The notes under the pieces: generated by a model
The model's input: only the letters and a program-made list of their open reading frames with translations
Databases searched by the model: none
Told to the model about the DNA's origin: nothing
Shown: one piece after another, positions 38,605 through 49,160 of the stretch
Position numbering within the stretch: the first letter of the stretch is position 1
Layout: the number at the start of each line of letters is the position of its first letter
Translations under genes and position numbers: made by a program
Source: an uncultured Ectothiorhodospiraceae bacterium
GTDB lineage: Bacteria > Pseudomonadota > Gammaproteobacteria > UBA9214
DNA length: 64,000 nucleotides
Assembly: GCA_964564245.1 (NCBI GenBank)
Contig: CAZMAK010000004.1
Location: 831-64,830, forward strand
Direction of reading: 5' to 3'

Positions 38605-39377
38605 GTCTCCGCTCCCTTGCCGTCTGCATACTGACCGGCATGCTGCTCGGCGGCTGTGCGGGCGGGTCGCGACTGGACCAGGACCAGGACAAGGCCATGA
38701 TCGCGGCGCGTGCCAATACCCAGCTGGGTGTCGAGTACCTGCGCGAAAAGAACTACGAGCTTGCCAAGACCACGCTGCTGAAGGCCATTGAGCAGGCCCC
38801 GGACTACGCAACGGCCCATGATGCCATCGCCATCCTCTATTCCCAGGTGGGCGATACGGAGCAGGCCGAAAAGCACTACCGGCGCGCGCTCAAACTCAAC
38901 CCCGACAACGCGGACGGGCACAACAACTACGGCCAGTTCCTGTGCAGTATCGGCCGTTACGACGACGCCGAGGAACAGTTCCGGACCGCGGCGGGCAATC
39001 CCTATTACAAGACCCCGCAGATCCCGCTGGTCAATGCCGGCGTATGCATGGCCAGCAAGAAGGATGCCGCCGCGGCCGAGAAGTATTACCGCCAGGCACT
39101 CGACAAGGATCCGAAATTCGCCCCGGCGCTGTTCCGGATGGCGGAACTGACGTTTGCCGCAAAGGATTACCTCAGGACCCGGGCCTGGCTGCAGCGCTAC
39201 GAAGAGGTCGGTACGCCGACGCCGGAGAGCCTGTGGCTTGGCGTGCAGGCCGAAGCCGCACTCGGGGACCACCAGGCGTGGGGTAATTATGCGCTGCAGC
39301 TGAGGAGCAAATTCCCGGAAAGCGACCAGGCCAAACAGCTGCAGGAGTGGGAGCATGAGCGACGAGCCGGTCACTGA
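38601..39377 (+). CDS. pilW: Type IV pilus biogenesis/stability TPR lipoprotein PilW (PilF of Pseudomonas)
   Basis: Lipobox LLGGC and TPR repeats. ATGA overlap with rlmN. Conserved position. Confidence 0.8.
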   Translation: MSLRSLAVCILTGMLLGGCAGGSRLDQDQDKAMIAARANTQLGVEYLREKNYELAKTTLLKAIEQAPDYATAHDAIAILYSQVGDTEQAEKHYRRALKLNPDNADGHNNYGQFLCSIGRYDDAEEQFRTAAGNPYYKTPQIPLVNAGVCMASKKDAAAAEKYYRQALDKDPKFAPALFRMAELTFAAKDYLRTRAWLQRYEEVGTPTPESLWLGVQAEAALGDHQAWGNYALQLRSKFPESDQAKQLQEWEHERRAGH

Positions 39378-39849
39378 ACCACAGGCAGGCGGGCCGGCCA
39401 GCAACCAGTCGATCGGCGCACGCCTGGCGAACGCCCGCCAGGCACGCAACCTCGATATCGAAAAGGTAGCCACCGAACTGAAGCTCGATGTCGCGACGAT
39501 TCGTGCACTCGAGAATGATGACCGTGCGGCACTGCCGGCACCGATTTTCGTCAAGGGTTACCTGCGCAGCTACGCCAGGCTGGTCGGGCTGGCGGAGAAT
39601 GAGCTGGTTCGCGCCTATGCCGCCCAGGCCGGTGAACTGCCGCCGCTGACCATCACGCGCATTACGAAGCCTGCCCCCATGCTGCGGCTGCCGTCGACGC
39701 GGTTGCTGCGAAACGTGGTTGTGGTGTTGCTGCTTGCCATCATGCTCTGGCTGGCCTGGCCCTTTGCGGTGCGGCTCTGGCACTCGCGCACAACGCCGGC
39801 GGAGAGCCCGCAGCAGGGGCAGCTGGAATTACCGCCGCCGGCGCGATAA
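39355..39849 (+). CDS. rodZ: RodZ-like cytoskeleton protein, short form (XRE HTH plus one TM; no periplasmic DUF4115 domain)
   Basis: IGARLANARQARNLDIEKVATELKL HTH and FVKGYLRSYARLVGL motif, then one TM helix. It stops 25-30 residues after the TM, at 164 aa. Confidence 0.7.
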   Translation: MSDEPVTEPQAGGPASNQSIGARLANARQARNLDIEKVATELKLDVATIRALENDDRAALPAPIFVKGYLRSYARLVGLAENELVRAYAAQAGELPPLTITRITKPAPMLRLPSTRLLRNVVVVLLLAIMLWLAWPFAVRLWHSRTTPAESPQQGQLELPPPAR

Positions 39850-39885
39850 CACGCCGTTCCGACAACACAGGTATCCCGTACTCTC

Positions 39886-41175
39886 ATGGCAACATCCATC
39901 CAGGCGGTCAGGGGCATGAATGACATTCTCCCGGGTGATTCGTTTGCCTGGCAGCATGTCGAGGGTGTATTGCGTGACGTGGTGCAGTCCTACGGTTACA
40001 GCGAGATCCGCCTGCCACTGCTGGAGAAAACCGAGCTGTTCAGGCGATCCATCGGCGCGGTGACGGATATCGTCGAGAAGGAGATGTATACCTTCGATGA
40101 CCGCAACGGCGACAGCCTCACGCTGCGGCCGGAGGGCACGGCCGGTTGTGCGCGCGCCTGTATGGAACATGGCCTGCTGCACAACCAGGTGCAGCGCCTC
40201 TGGTACAGCGGTCCCATGTTCCGGCACGAACGGCCGCAGAAGGGACGCTACCGGCAGTTCCACCAGCTCGGAGTGGAATCATTCGGCATGGAAGGCCCCG
40301 ACATCGATGCCGAGATGATCCTGATGAGCGCGCGTATCTGGCAGCGCCTGGCACTGAAGCCGGTGAGCCTGCAGCTCAATTCGCTGGGTACCCCGGCTGC
40401 CCGCGCGGTATACCGGGAGGCACTGGTCGACTATCTGCGCCAGCGTATTGCCGGACTGGACGAGGACAGCCGGCGGCGACTGGACAGCAATCCCCTGCGT
40501 ATCCTCGACAGCAAGAACCCGGAGATGCAGGCGCTCATTGCGGCGGCGCCGGTGCTGACGGATTACCTCGACGACGACTCACGGCGGCATTTCGGCGAGT
40601 TGCGTGACCGGCTGGACGCGGCCGGCATCGACTATGTGCTGAATCCACGCCTGGTGCGTGGACTGGATTATTATTCACGCACCGTATTCGAATGGGTGAC
40701 CACGGCGCTCGGCGCACAGGGTACGATCTGCGCAGGCGGGCGCTATGACGGACTGGTGGAATACCTGGGCGGGCGGGCGGTTCCTGCATTCGGCTTCGCC
40801 ATCGGCATGGAACGGTTGCTGGCGTTGCTGCAGGAGACCGGCGACGGGCTGCCCCGGGAGTATCCGCACGTGTTCCTGGTCATGTCAGGCGAGGCGGCAC
40901 GCCGGCGCGGACTGGTGTTCGCGGACGAATTACGGACCACGGTGCCGGGCCTGCGGGTGCAGGCCTGTTGCGACGGCGGCAGTTTCAAGAGCCAGTTCAG
41001 GCGTGCGGACCGGAGCGGGGCACGCCTTGCACTGGTGCTGGGCGAGGAAGAGACCGCCGGGCATAACGTGGTGGTCAAACCCCTGCGCAGCCACGAGGAG
41101 CAGCGCGTTATGCCACAGACAGAGGCCGCGACATGGCTGCTCGACCTGCTGTCCGCGGATGGTACCGTCAACTGA
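39886..41175 (+). CDS. hisS: Histidine--tRNA ligase
   Basis: Class II aaRS motifs ([24 protein letters not shown]). Confidence 0.95.
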   Translation: MATSIQAVRGMNDILPGDSFAWQHVEGVLRDVVQSYGYSEIRLPLLEKTELFRRSIGAVTDIVEKEMYTFDDRNGDSLTLRPEGTAGCARACMEHGLLHNQVQRLWYSGPMFRHERPQKGRYRQFHQLGVESFGMEGPDIDAEMILMSARIWQRLALKPVSLQLNSLGTPAARAVYREALVDYLRQRIAGLDEDSRRRLDSNPLRILDSKNPEMQALIAAAPVLTDYLDDDSRRHFGELRDRLDAAGIDYVLNPRLVRGLDYYSRTVFEWVTTALGAQGTICAGGRYDGLVEYLGGRAVPAFGFAIGMERLLALLQETGDGLPREYPHVFLVMSGEAARRRGLVFADELRTTVPGLRVQACCDGGSFKSQFRRADRSGARLALVLGEEETAGHNVVVKPLRSHEEQRVMPQTEAATWLLDLLSADGTVN

Positions 41176-41200
41176 AGAATTCACGAAACAGGAGTGCCCG

Positions 41201-41863
41201 ATGGAGACACATGTAACAGAAGAACAGCAGCTCGCTGCCATCAAGCAATGGTGGAAGGAAAACGGCAGTTCGATCATTACCGGCGTGGTCCTGGGCTTCG
41301 CCGTCCTGTTCGCCACCAAGGCCTGGTTCGCCTGGCAGGAACAGATTGCCCGCAATGCATCTGACGTCTATGCTGCCATGACGACCGCGCTCTCGAAGGG
41401 TAACAACCAGCTGGCCACCGAGCGTGCCGGTTCGCTGATTGCCGACTACAGCAAGACGACCTATGCGGTGTTCGCGGCGCTGGCGCTGTCAAGGATTCGC
41501 ATCGAGGCCAATGACCTGGCCGCGGCCGCCACGCAGCTGCAATGGGCGATTGATCATGCCGGCGACGATTCCATCCGGGATATCGCACGTCTGCGCCTGG
41601 CACGCGTGAAACTGGCACAGGGCGATACCGACGCCGCGGAGCAGGCCCTGGGCCAGGGCACACGGGGTGGAGATGCCGGGGTTTCCTTCGATGATGTACG
41701 TGGAGATATCGCGCTGGCCCGCGGCGACCGCGCCGCCGCCAGTGCCGCCTGGGCGAAGGCGCTGGCGGCGGCGGGCAAGGACTATGCCGGCAGGTCCCTG
41801 CTGCAGCTCAAGTACGATGATGTCGCGGCTGCGGCCGCTACGGACAGCGGGGCCGCCCGGTGA
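41201..41863 (+). CDS. yfgM: YfgM-family TPR-like membrane protein (ancillary SecYEG translocon subunit)
   Basis: QLAAIKQWWKENGSSIITGVVLG N-terminal anchor. Conserved position between hisS and bamB. The track ORF 40745..41863 is an artificial upstream extension. Confidence 0.75.
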   Translation: METHVTEEQQLAAIKQWWKENGSSIITGVVLGFAVLFATKAWFAWQEQIARNASDVYAAMTTALSKGNNQLATERAGSLIADYSKTTYAVFAALALSRIRIEANDLAAAATQLQWAIDHAGDDSIRDIARLRLARVKLAQGDTDAAEQALGQGTRGGDAGVSFDDVRGDIALARGDRAAASAAWAKALAAAGKDYAGRSLLQLKYDDVAAAAATDSGAAR

Positions 41864-43032
41864 TACGCCGGCTTGTCATCCTGCTGGTGCTCGTGCAGCT
41901 GGGTGGCTGTGCGACCGTATCGTCGTGGTTCGAAGGCGTACTGGGCGGCGAGGACAACTCGGCCCCGCCGGCGGAGCTCAAGCCGATCAAGGCGACCGTG
42001 GAACTCGATCGGGTCTGGTCCACCGATATCGGCGTCGGCAGTGACGGTCAGTTCGTCAACCTGGTGCCCAGCGTGGTGGACGGTGTGCTCTACGTGGCGG
42101 ACCGCAAGGGGCGCGTGGTCGCGCTGGATGCGGAGAGCGGCAAGCAGATCTGGTCGGTCCGTATCGATGCGCCCGTGTCCGCCGGACCGGCGGAGGGTGG
42201 CGACCTGGTGTTGCTGGGAACCAGCAACGCACAGGTCATTGCACTGGACAGGACCAACGGCGCGCAGCGCTGGTCGGCGCAGGTCAGCAGCGAGGTGCTA
42301 TCCGTTCCGCAACTTGACCTCGACCGGGTCATCGTGCAGACCGCGGACGGCACCCTCGCCGGACTCGATGCAAAGGACGGCCACCAGGTGTGGGTCAGCG
42401 ATCGCTCGGTGCCGGTGCTGACCCTGCGCGGAACCAGCACACCGGTGGTACAGCACGGGATCGTGCTGGCCGGTTTCTCGACCGGGAAACTGGTTGCCCT
42501 CAGCGCCGACAAGGGATTCGTGGCCTGGGAAAAAAGTATCGCGGTACCCAAGGGACGGTCCGAGCTGGAGCGTATCGTCGACATCGACGGCAACCCGGTG
42601 GTGGCCGGCGCCTCGGTGTACGTCACGACCTACCAGGGACGTGTCGCGCGCGTGGATATCCAGACCGGCAACGTGGACTGGGACCGTGACATGTCATCCT
42701 ACGTCGGCCTCGGCGTTGATTACTCGCAGGTCTATGTCACCGATGATAAAAGCGATGTCTGGGCACTGTCGCGCAGCAGCGGGGCCTCGGAGTGGAAAAT
42801 GGAGGCGCTCGCCAACCGCGGGCTGACCGCACCGGCGGTGATCGGTGACTACGTCGTGGTGGCCGATGCCGAGGGCTATATTCACCTGCTGTCGCGGAGC
42901 GACGGACACATCGCCGGCCGCACCGAACTCGACGGCAAGGGCATTCGCGCCAGGCCGCTTGTGGTAAAGGACGTGCTGTACGTCTATGGCAACTCCGGCA
43001 AACTGGCGGCCTATCGCCTGCACAACGGCTAG
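41860..43032 (+). CDS. bamB: Outer membrane protein assembly factor BamB
   Basis: Lipobox VQLGGC and PQQ-like beta-propeller repeats. GTGA overlap with yfgM. Confidence 0.9.
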   Translation: MIRRLVILLVLVQLGGCATVSSWFEGVLGGEDNSAPPAELKPIKATVELDRVWSTDIGVGSDGQFVNLVPSVVDGVLYVADRKGRVVALDAESGKQIWSVRIDAPVSAGPAEGGDLVLLGTSNAQVIALDRTNGAQRWSAQVSSEVLSVPQLDLDRVIVQTADGTLAGLDAKDGHQVWVSDRSVPVLTLRGTSTPVVQHGIVLAGFSTGKLVALSADKGFVAWEKSIAVPKGRSELERIVDIDGNPVVAGASVYVTTYQGRVARVDIQTGNVDWDRDMSSYVGLGVDYSQVYVTDDKSDVWALSRSSGASEWKMEALANRGLTAPAVIGDYVVVADAEGYIHLLSRSDGHIAGRTELDGKGIRARPLVVKDVLYVYGNSGKLAAYRLHNG

Positions 43033-43089
43033 CAGTACGCGGCCGTCACCACGTTGCGGCTGCACCGCAGCCGGCAAGGAACCCTGTTC

Positions 43090-44493
43090 ATGTTACCGGT
43101 GATTGCGCTTGTCGGGCGTCCCAATGTCGGCAAATCCACGCTGTTCAACCGCATGACGCTGAGCCGGGATGCACTGGTAGCGGACTTGCCCGGGCTGACG
43201 CGCGACCGCAAGTACGGTGACGGCAAGACCGGTGACCGTCCGTTCATCGTGATCGATACCGGCGGACTGACCGGGGAGGAGACGGACCTCGAGGGCCTGA
43301 TGGAGCAGCAATCCTGGCAGGCGGTCACCGAAGCGGACCTGGTCATGTTGCTGGTCGACGTGCGTGCCGGACTCAGTGCGCTGGATGAAACCATCGCTGT
43401 CGCGTTGCGCCGGACCGGCAAGCGCGTCATCCTGGTGGCCAACAAGATCGACGGGGTGGATGAGGATACCGCGCTGGTCGATTTTCACCGGCTTGGACTC
43501 GGTACCCCGGTGCCCGTTTCCGCCGCACACGGCCGCGGCATGGCGCAGTTGATGGAACTGGCGATGGTACACCTCCCGGAGGCGCCGGCGCCGGCAGAGA
43601 CGGCGGCCGTGGACGGGGAGCGCATCCATGTCGCCGTGGCCGGGCGTCCCAATGTCGGCAAGTCCACGCTGATCAACCGCATGCTCGGCGAAGAGCGCGT
43701 GCTGGTGTTTGACATGCCGGGCACCACGCGCGACAGTATCTTCATACCCTTCGAACGTGATGCCGTTCTCTATACCCTGATTGATACGGCCGGTGTGCGA
43801 CGCCGGGCGCGGGTTACCGATAGCGTCGAGAAATTCAGCGTCATCAAGACACTGCAGGCGGTGGACGCGGCGCACGTGGTCATCCTGGTGCTGGATGCCC
43901 GGCAGGAAATCAGCGAGCAGGACGCCAGCCTGGCCGGTTATATCGCCGAGAAGGGTCGGGCACTGGTGGTGGCGGTCAACAAGTGGGACGGGCTCGACCC
44001 GCACCACCGCGAGCGCATCCGTGAGCAGCTGTTGCGGCGCCTGCCGTTTCTCGATTTCGCCACCCGGGTGTTCATCTCGGCACGACACGGCACCGGCGTG
44101 GGAGAACTGCTGCCGCTGGTGCAGCAGGCCTACGCGGCTGCCATGCGGGAGTTACCGACCCCGGAGCTGACGCGGGTGCTGGAACGCGCGGTGCAGGAAC
44201 ACCAGCCACCGCTGGTGCACGGTCGTCGCATCAAGCTGCGCTACGCGCACCAGGGTGGGCGCAATCCGCCGGTGATCGTGATACACGGCAACCAGACCGA
44301 GCAGGTGCCGCGTGCCTACCAGCGCTACCTGATGAATACCTTCCGGGCGGCCATGCAACTGACCGGGACACCGGTGCGGATCGAGTTCCGGACCGGCGCC
44401 AATCCGTTCCAGGGCCGCAAGAACCGGCTGACCCCGCGCCAGGTCAAGCACAAGAGTCGCCTGATGCGACACGTCAGGCGCAAGCGCAAATAG
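43090..44493 (+). CDS. der: Ribosome biogenesis GTPase Der (EngA)
   Basis: Two tandem GTPase domains ([12 protein letters not shown] and [12 protein letters not shown]) plus the KH-like C-terminus. Start at MLPVIALVG. Confidence 0.95.
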   Translation: MLPVIALVGRPNVGKSTLFNRMTLSRDALVADLPGLTRDRKYGDGKTGDRPFIVIDTGGLTGEETDLEGLMEQQSWQAVTEADLVMLLVDVRAGLSALDETIAVALRRTGKRVILVANKIDGVDEDTALVDFHRLGLGTPVPVSAAHGRGMAQLMELAMVHLPEAPAPAETAAVDGERIHVAVAGRPNVGKSTLINRMLGEERVLVFDMPGTTRDSIFIPFERDAVLYTLIDTAGVRRRARVTDSVEKFSVIKTLQAVDAAHVVILVLDARQEISEQDASLAGYIAEKGRALVVAVNKWDGLDPHHRERIREQLLRRLPFLDFATRVFISARHGTGVGELLPLVQQAYAAAMRELPTPELTRVLERAVQEHQPPLVHGRRIKLRYAHQGGRNPPVIVIHGNQTEQVPRAYQRYLMNTFRAAMQLTGTPVRIEFRTGANPFQGRKNRLTPRQVKHKSRLMRHVRRKRK

Positions 44494-44497
44494 CGCA

Positions 44498-45514
44498 TCA
44501 GCGGTGCCGGGTGTTCAGCCGTGTGCTGTGTGCCTGCTGAAGCTGCTTCTTCTGCCGCTTCGCCGCGCGGTTTTCCTGCATGGTCTGCATGGCAGCCGCA
44601 CCGATATGGTGTTCGCCACGGGCCTGCGCCAGCTGCATCTGTTTCTGGCGTTCCGCAAAACGCTTGCGCTGTTCCGGTGTGGTCCTGCCCCTGCAATGCG
44701 GGCAGCTGACGCCGGGCCGGTAGGCAGGACTTGCCCTGTCGGCGGCACTGACCGGCATGCGGCAGGTACTGCATTGCCGGTAACTGCCGCGCTGCAGCCG
44801 GTGGTCGACCGTAACCCGTTCGTCGAACACGAAGCATTCGCCTTCCCAGAGTGAGTCCTGCGGCGGAACCTGTTCCAGGTAGCCGAGAATACCGCCCTTC
44901 AGGTGGTAGACCTGCTGGAAGCCGAGTTGCCGGAGCAGGGCGGTGGATTTTTCGCAGCGGATCCCGCCGGTGCAGAACATGGCGATCCTGCGATGCCGGG
45001 CCGGGTCCAGGTGTTCCCGGACGTAGCGTGGAAACTCCCGGAAGGTTCCGGTCTGCGGACTGGTCGCGTTGCGGAAGCTGCCGACACGGACCTCGTAGTC
45101 GTTGCGGGTGTCGACCAGCAGTACGTCGGGCGCACTGATCAGGGCGTTCCAGTCGGCCGGTTCGACGTAGGTGCCGACGCTGTGATTCGGGTCGATGCCG
45201 GGTACGCCCAGGGTGACGATTTCCTGTTTCAGTTTTACCCGGCTGCGCAGGAACGGCACCTGGTCGGTGAAGGATTCCCTGGCCTCCAGCGCGGCCAGTC
45301 CCGGAACGCTGCGCAGCCAGTCCAGCAGGGTATCGATTGCACTGCGCGACCCGGCAACCGTGCCGTTGATGCCTTCCGGGGCCAGCAGCAGTGTGCCGCC
45401 AATGGAATGTTCCTGCAGCAGGTCCAGCAGCGGTGCCCGCAACTCGCGGTAATGCTCGAGGCGGACAAAACGGTACAGGGCGCAGACGACAACGGGTTTG
45501 TTCAGGTCGGCCAT
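44498..45514 (-). CDS. trhO: tRNA uridine(34) hydroxylase TrhO (YceA, rhodanese-domain protein)
   Basis: ALYRFVRLE...[11 protein letters not shown], the rhodanese loop [10 protein letters not shown] and a C-terminal Cys-rich tail. Start at MADLNK. Confidence 0.85.
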   Translation of the reverse strand: MADLNKPVVVCALYRFVRLEHYRELRAPLLDLLQEHSIGGTLLLAPEGINGTVAGSRSAIDTLLDWLRSVPGLAALEARESFTDQVPFLRSRVKLKQEIVTLGVPGIDPNHSVGTYVEPADWNALISAPDVLLVDTRNDYEVRVGSFRNATSPQTGTFREFPRYVREHLDPARHRRIAMFCTGGIRCEKSTALLRQLGFQQVYHLKGGILGYLEQVPPQDSLWEGECFVFDERVTVDHRLQRGSYRQCSTCRMPVSAADRASPAYRPGVSCPHCRGRTTPEQRKRFAERQKQMQLAQARGEHHIGAAAMQTMQENRAAKRQKKQLQQAHSTRLNTRHR

Positions 45515-45648
45515 ACGTGGTTCAATGACAGGCGATGATTGACGGAAATTTCCATTATACCCGCCATACCGCTGCGCCGGGTGTGCAGTGGGTGTATGTC
45601 CGGGGCAGTGACGCCACACGTGGTGTGCCCGGGCCCGGCAGGGACAGG

Positions 45649-46068
45649 ATGAGACGATCCGGTTTGTCCCGGCCCGGGACGTTGATCCGGGCCGGCCTGC
45701 TGTTCGGCCTGCTGCTGGCCCAGGCGCCGTGCCCGGCGGAGAATGCCGGCAAGTCCGTCTATCTGGTGGACGGGGACGAGCGGGTAACGGCGGTGAACGC
45801 CGAAACCGGCCAGTTCTTCGATCTGGAGTTCAGCGCCAAGGAGAAGGTCGAGCGTGAGCAGGTCGGCAACGCGGTCGCGGTGGTGATCACCAACCAGCGC
45901 TTCGCCGCGGTCGGTCCCTGGCCGGGTGGCTGGGCCAAAATGCGTCGCCGGGCCGGCGAGCGCCTGGTTTCGGTGGAGGCCGAGGACTACACGGCCGTGG
46001 TGGTCACTTCCGACCGTATCCTGTCCTTCAGTGGCGCCACGGGGACCTGGTCCGAGCAGCGGCGCTGA
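45649..46068 (+). CDS. Hypothetical secreted protein (139 aa from MRRSGLS)
   Basis: Signal peptide and three loosely repeated beta-strand-like units. No recognised domain. Confidence 0.5.
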   Translation: MRRSGLSRPGTLIRAGLLFGLLLAQAPCPAENAGKSVYLVDGDERVTAVNAETGQFFDLEFSAKEKVEREQVGNAVAVVITNQRFAAVGPWPGGWAKMRRRAGERLVSVEAEDYTAVVVTSDRILSFSGATGTWSEQRR

Positions 46069-46083
46069 ACGGGCATGAACCAC

Positions 46084-46101
46084 CGCCTCCGGCCGGAGGC
46101 G
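46084..46101. terminator. 18-nt perfect palindrome CGCCTCCGGCCGGAGGCG between convergent genes
   Basis: Read directly. GC-rich hairpin without a clear T-run; possible bidirectional terminator. Confidence 0.4.
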
Positions 46102-46126
46102 AATCCGCGCTCCAGCCGGGCCTGTC

Positions 46127-46711
46127 TCAGTCCAGATACTCGAACAGCTTGACGATCTTTTCCACGCCGCTGATTGTGCGGGCCTGGTCGCTGACGGCAT
46201 CGGCCTCGCGGCGGTACACCATGCCCATGAGGTAGACCACGCCGTCCTCGGTCACGACCTTGACGCGCGTCGGGTCGAAATCCTCGAGGCCCTTGATGTT
46301 GAACAGCGCCGTCTTGACCTTGGCGGTGATCAGCGAGTCACTGCTGCGGGTGATCATGGAATTGGGCGCGGCGATGGTCATTTCGTTGTGCACCAGCCGG
46401 ACCTTCTCGGTCTTCGCCACAATCGACTCGGCCTGCTGCCGGAGTGCCTCGGTCGGTGCCTGGCCGACCATCAGTACCACGCCGTTGTAGCTGATGATGT
46501 TGATGTGGATCTGGCTGTTCAGTTCCTTGTTTTCGAGAATGGCGATCCGTGCCTTGAGTTCGATGGATTCATCATCCACAAAGGTGCCGATCGTGCGCCG
46601 GCCGTGCAATGCGGCGCCGGTGGTCGCTGCGCCACCGATCACGACCGGGGCACAACCCGCCAGTGCGGACAGCGCAAGGGTGGCAAGGATCAGGGAGGTT
46701 GATAATTTCAT
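46127..46711 (-). CDS. dolP: Dual-BON-domain outer-membrane lipoprotein DolP (YraP)
   Basis: Lipobox LSALAGC and two BON domains. Conserved position downstream of lpoA-yraN. Confidence 0.8.
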   Translation of the reverse strand: MKLSTSLILATLALSALAGCAPVVIGGAATTGAALHGRRTIGTFVDDESIELKARIAILENKELNSQIHINIISYNGVVLMVGQAPTEALRQQAESIVAKTEKVRLVHNEMTIAAPNSMITRSSDSLITAKVKTALFNIKGLEDFDPTRVKVVTEDGVVYLMGMVYRREADAVSDQARTISGVEKIVKLFEYLD

Positions 46712-46792
46712 GCGCAGTGTCTCCTGTCGGGTTTCTGTGGTCCTGAAGTCTGTGGTGCGACCGTCCCGGCCGCCCAGGGTTCCGCGGCCCGG

Positions 46793-47149
46793 TCAGCCGG
46801 CATCGAATGCATTCCGGATCCAGTCGGTGCTGCCGTCCGCACCGTTGACCGAAACCACGTCGAAGCGGCAGGGCATGTGCGCGGCGCGCGGATGCAACTG
46901 GAGGTAGTGACGGGCGCAGGCGATGAGCCGTTGCTGCTTGTGGCGATTCACGCTCTCCGCGGCGCTGCCAAATCCGTCCTGCCCGCGGTATCGTACCTCA
47001 ACGAATACGACGCTGTCCCGGTCCTGTACCACGAGGTCGATTTCGCCGCGCCGGCTGCGGAAGTTCCGTTCCAGCAGGCGCATTCCCTGTGCTTCAAGCA
47101 GGCGCCAGGCGTGTTCCTCGGCCTCCCTGCCGCGTCGCCGGGTATCCAC
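46793..47149 (-). CDS. yraN: YraN-family (UPF0102) predicted endonuclease
   Basis: GREAEEHAW..LE..G...LERNFR...GEIDLV...VVFVEVRYR pattern. I chose the GTG at 47149, directly after the lpoA stop; the track ATG at 47233 would overlap lpoA by 82 nt. Confidence 0.8.
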   Translation of the reverse strand: MDTRRRGREAEEHAWRLLEAQGMRLLERNFRSRRGEIDLVVQDRDSVVFVEVRYRGQDGFGSAAESVNRHKQQRLIACARHYLQLHPRAAHMPCRFDVVSVNGADGSTDWIRNAFDAG

Positions 47150-47151
47150 GC

Positions 47152-49047
47152 TCAGGGCCGGGTCTCCGTATCGGTCGACGGCTCGCCGGCCTGGTCCAGC
47201 AGCACCGGGACACCGTTCTGGAAACGGGCGCAACGCAGGGTACGGTCGATCTCGCCGTTCTGGCCGAGGCTGAGATTGCCACTTACGCCATGATAGGAAC
47301 CGAACAGGTTGTTCTGCTGCTGGCCCAGGTACGGCAGCAGGCGGTAGGCATCGATGCCCAGTGCATAGAGCCGTGCATAGCGGATGCTTGCGTCGGGCCA
47401 GAACTCGGTGATCTCCTGTTGCAGGTGGCTCCAGTTGCTGCGGTCCTCCAGGGTCCAGGGGGTGTCGCAGAACACGATGCCGTTCAGGTCGATGTCCCGT
47501 GCCGGGTCCGGATCGCCGGTGTAGACCCGCGAGGTGGCGTAGACCGGCAGCGTGGAGGCACGGTAGAAGCTCAGCTGTGGCCGGATCAGCCGCGCCTGGC
47601 GGGGCGAGGCGACCAGGAAAACGAAGTCGACATCCTGGCGGCGGCGCGGTTCAAATTCGAGACGCATGCCCAGCCGGCGTGTCAGTCGCTGGTGGCGCGC
47701 ATTGCTGTTGTCCAGGTTCAGCAGCCGGTTGATCACGTCGGAATGGTCGGCCTGCGTGTCATCGTAGCGTTGTGTCTCCAGCAGGGTCCCGCCCAGCGCC
47801 TGCCATTCGGAGGCAAACGCCGCATACACACGTTCACCCCAGTCATTGTCCGGCAACAGCGCCACGCTGCGGGTCAGTCCGTTGCGCCAGGCCAGCCGGG
47901 CGGCCTCCCGGGCTTCGTCTTCCGGGGCGAGACCGAACTGGTACAGCCCGGCCGGGACCCCCGTGCTGGCCTCCGTCCGGTTCAGCGCCAGCACCGGCAC
48001 CGGCAATGCGGGTTGCCGTGCCAGTTCATCGACCATCTCCTTGCGCAACGGGCCGATGACGAACGTGGCACCGGCGCTGACGGCCTGCTGGTAGCCGGCA
48101 AGGGTTTCCTGTGCGCTGCCTCCGCTGTCATACACGTGCAGTGTCGGCCGTTTGCCCGAGTCCGGGGTGTCGTAGTAGGCGGCAAGGATTCCGTCGCGTA
48201 CCGCGCCCGCCGCCGCGGCCAGTTCGCCGTGCAGGGGCAGCAGTACCGCGACATGTTCCGGGGCCTGTCCGGCACTGCGCATGGTCTTGAGGAGTTCATC
48301 GACGAACGGCCCGCTGGCCGGATGTGCCGGGTAACGCTCCTGCCAGTGCGGGATCACCTCGGCCAGCGCATCCGGCTGCTGCAGGTACAGGCGGGTGAGC
48401 TCGACCAGTTCCAGCCAGCCACTCAGCGGGTCCGGCGGCGGTGCCTTGCGGAATTGCTGCAGCTCGGTGTCGGACAGGTGGTTGAGGTCGTCCCAGATCG
48501 CACGCTGGTTGGCCAGGTGCGCGTCACTCTCGGTCAGCAGCGGGTCCAGCAGGACACGTTCCTGTGCCGCCTGGAAGAACTGCCCGTTACCTTCGTCCGC
48601 CGCGGCGCGCAGGCGACGAAAGTCTGCAGCGAGGCCGCCCGCCGGAACCGGCTGCAGCAGTTGCAGGGCCAGCTCCGGGTGCTGTTCGGCCAGCGCCAGG
48701 CGGGCACGGCCGAGCGTGAGGCGGTCGTGCAGTTCACCGCCCAGGCCGGCTCCCTGCAGTGGTTCCAGCAGTGCGTGGGCGCGGTCGAACCTTTTGCCGC
48801 GGATCAGGATGTCCACGGCCTGCAGTTGCAGGGTATATTGCTCCGGTACACCGGCCTGGCCGGCGGCGTCCAGGTACAGTTGTGCCGCTCCGGTATAATC
48901 CCCGGCGGCCTCCAGCGCCTCGGCCTGCTGTTGCATCCGGCTGCCTGCGGACTCGCCGAGGATCGGAAGCTGCCCGCAGGCATTCAGCAGGGAAAGGAGC
49001 AGGGCGATCAGAAGCAGATTGCCCGAACGATGGAGGATTGGCGGCAT
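47152..49047 (-). CDS. lpoA: Penicillin-binding protein activator LpoA
   Basis: Lipobox LSLLNAC, an N-terminal TPR-like region and a C-terminal periplasmic-binding-protein-like domain. Divergent from rsmI as in E. coli. Confidence 0.85.
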   Translation of the reverse strand: MPPILHRSGNLLLIALLLSLLNACGQLPILGESAGSRMQQQAEALEAAGDYTGAAQLYLDAAGQAGVPEQYTLQLQAVDILIRGKRFDRAHALLEPLQGAGLGGELHDRLTLGRARLALAEQHPELALQLLQPVPAGGLAADFRRLRAAADEGNGQFFQAAQERVLLDPLLTESDAHLANQRAIWDDLNHLSDTELQQFRKAPPPDPLSGWLELVELTRLYLQQPDALAEVIPHWQERYPAHPASGPFVDELLKTMRSAGQAPEHVAVLLPLHGELAAAAGAVRDGILAAYYDTPDSGKRPTLHVYDSGGSAQETLAGYQQAVSAGATFVIGPLRKEMVDELARQPALPVPVLALNRTEASTGVPAGLYQFGLAPEDEAREAARLAWRNGLTRSVALLPDNDWGERVYAAFASEWQALGGTLLETQRYDDTQADHSDVINRLLNLDNSNARHQRLTRRLGMRLEFEPRRRQDVDFVFLVASPRQARLIRPQLSFYRASTLPVYATSRVYTGDPDPARDIDLNGIVFCDTPWTLEDRSNWSHLQQEITEFWPDASIRYARLYALGIDAYRLLPYLGQQQNNLFGSYHGVSGNLSLGQNGEIDRTLRCARFQNGVPVLLDQAGEPSTDTETRP

Positions 49048-49160
49048 GCGTGCTGGAACAGTCGGTAACTGGCGCAGACTCTACTGAAAAGGGGATGCCG
49101 CGTCCACTTTTTGTCCGGATTCAAACGGATATTGACTCAGGCAGACAGGATCAAATCCAC

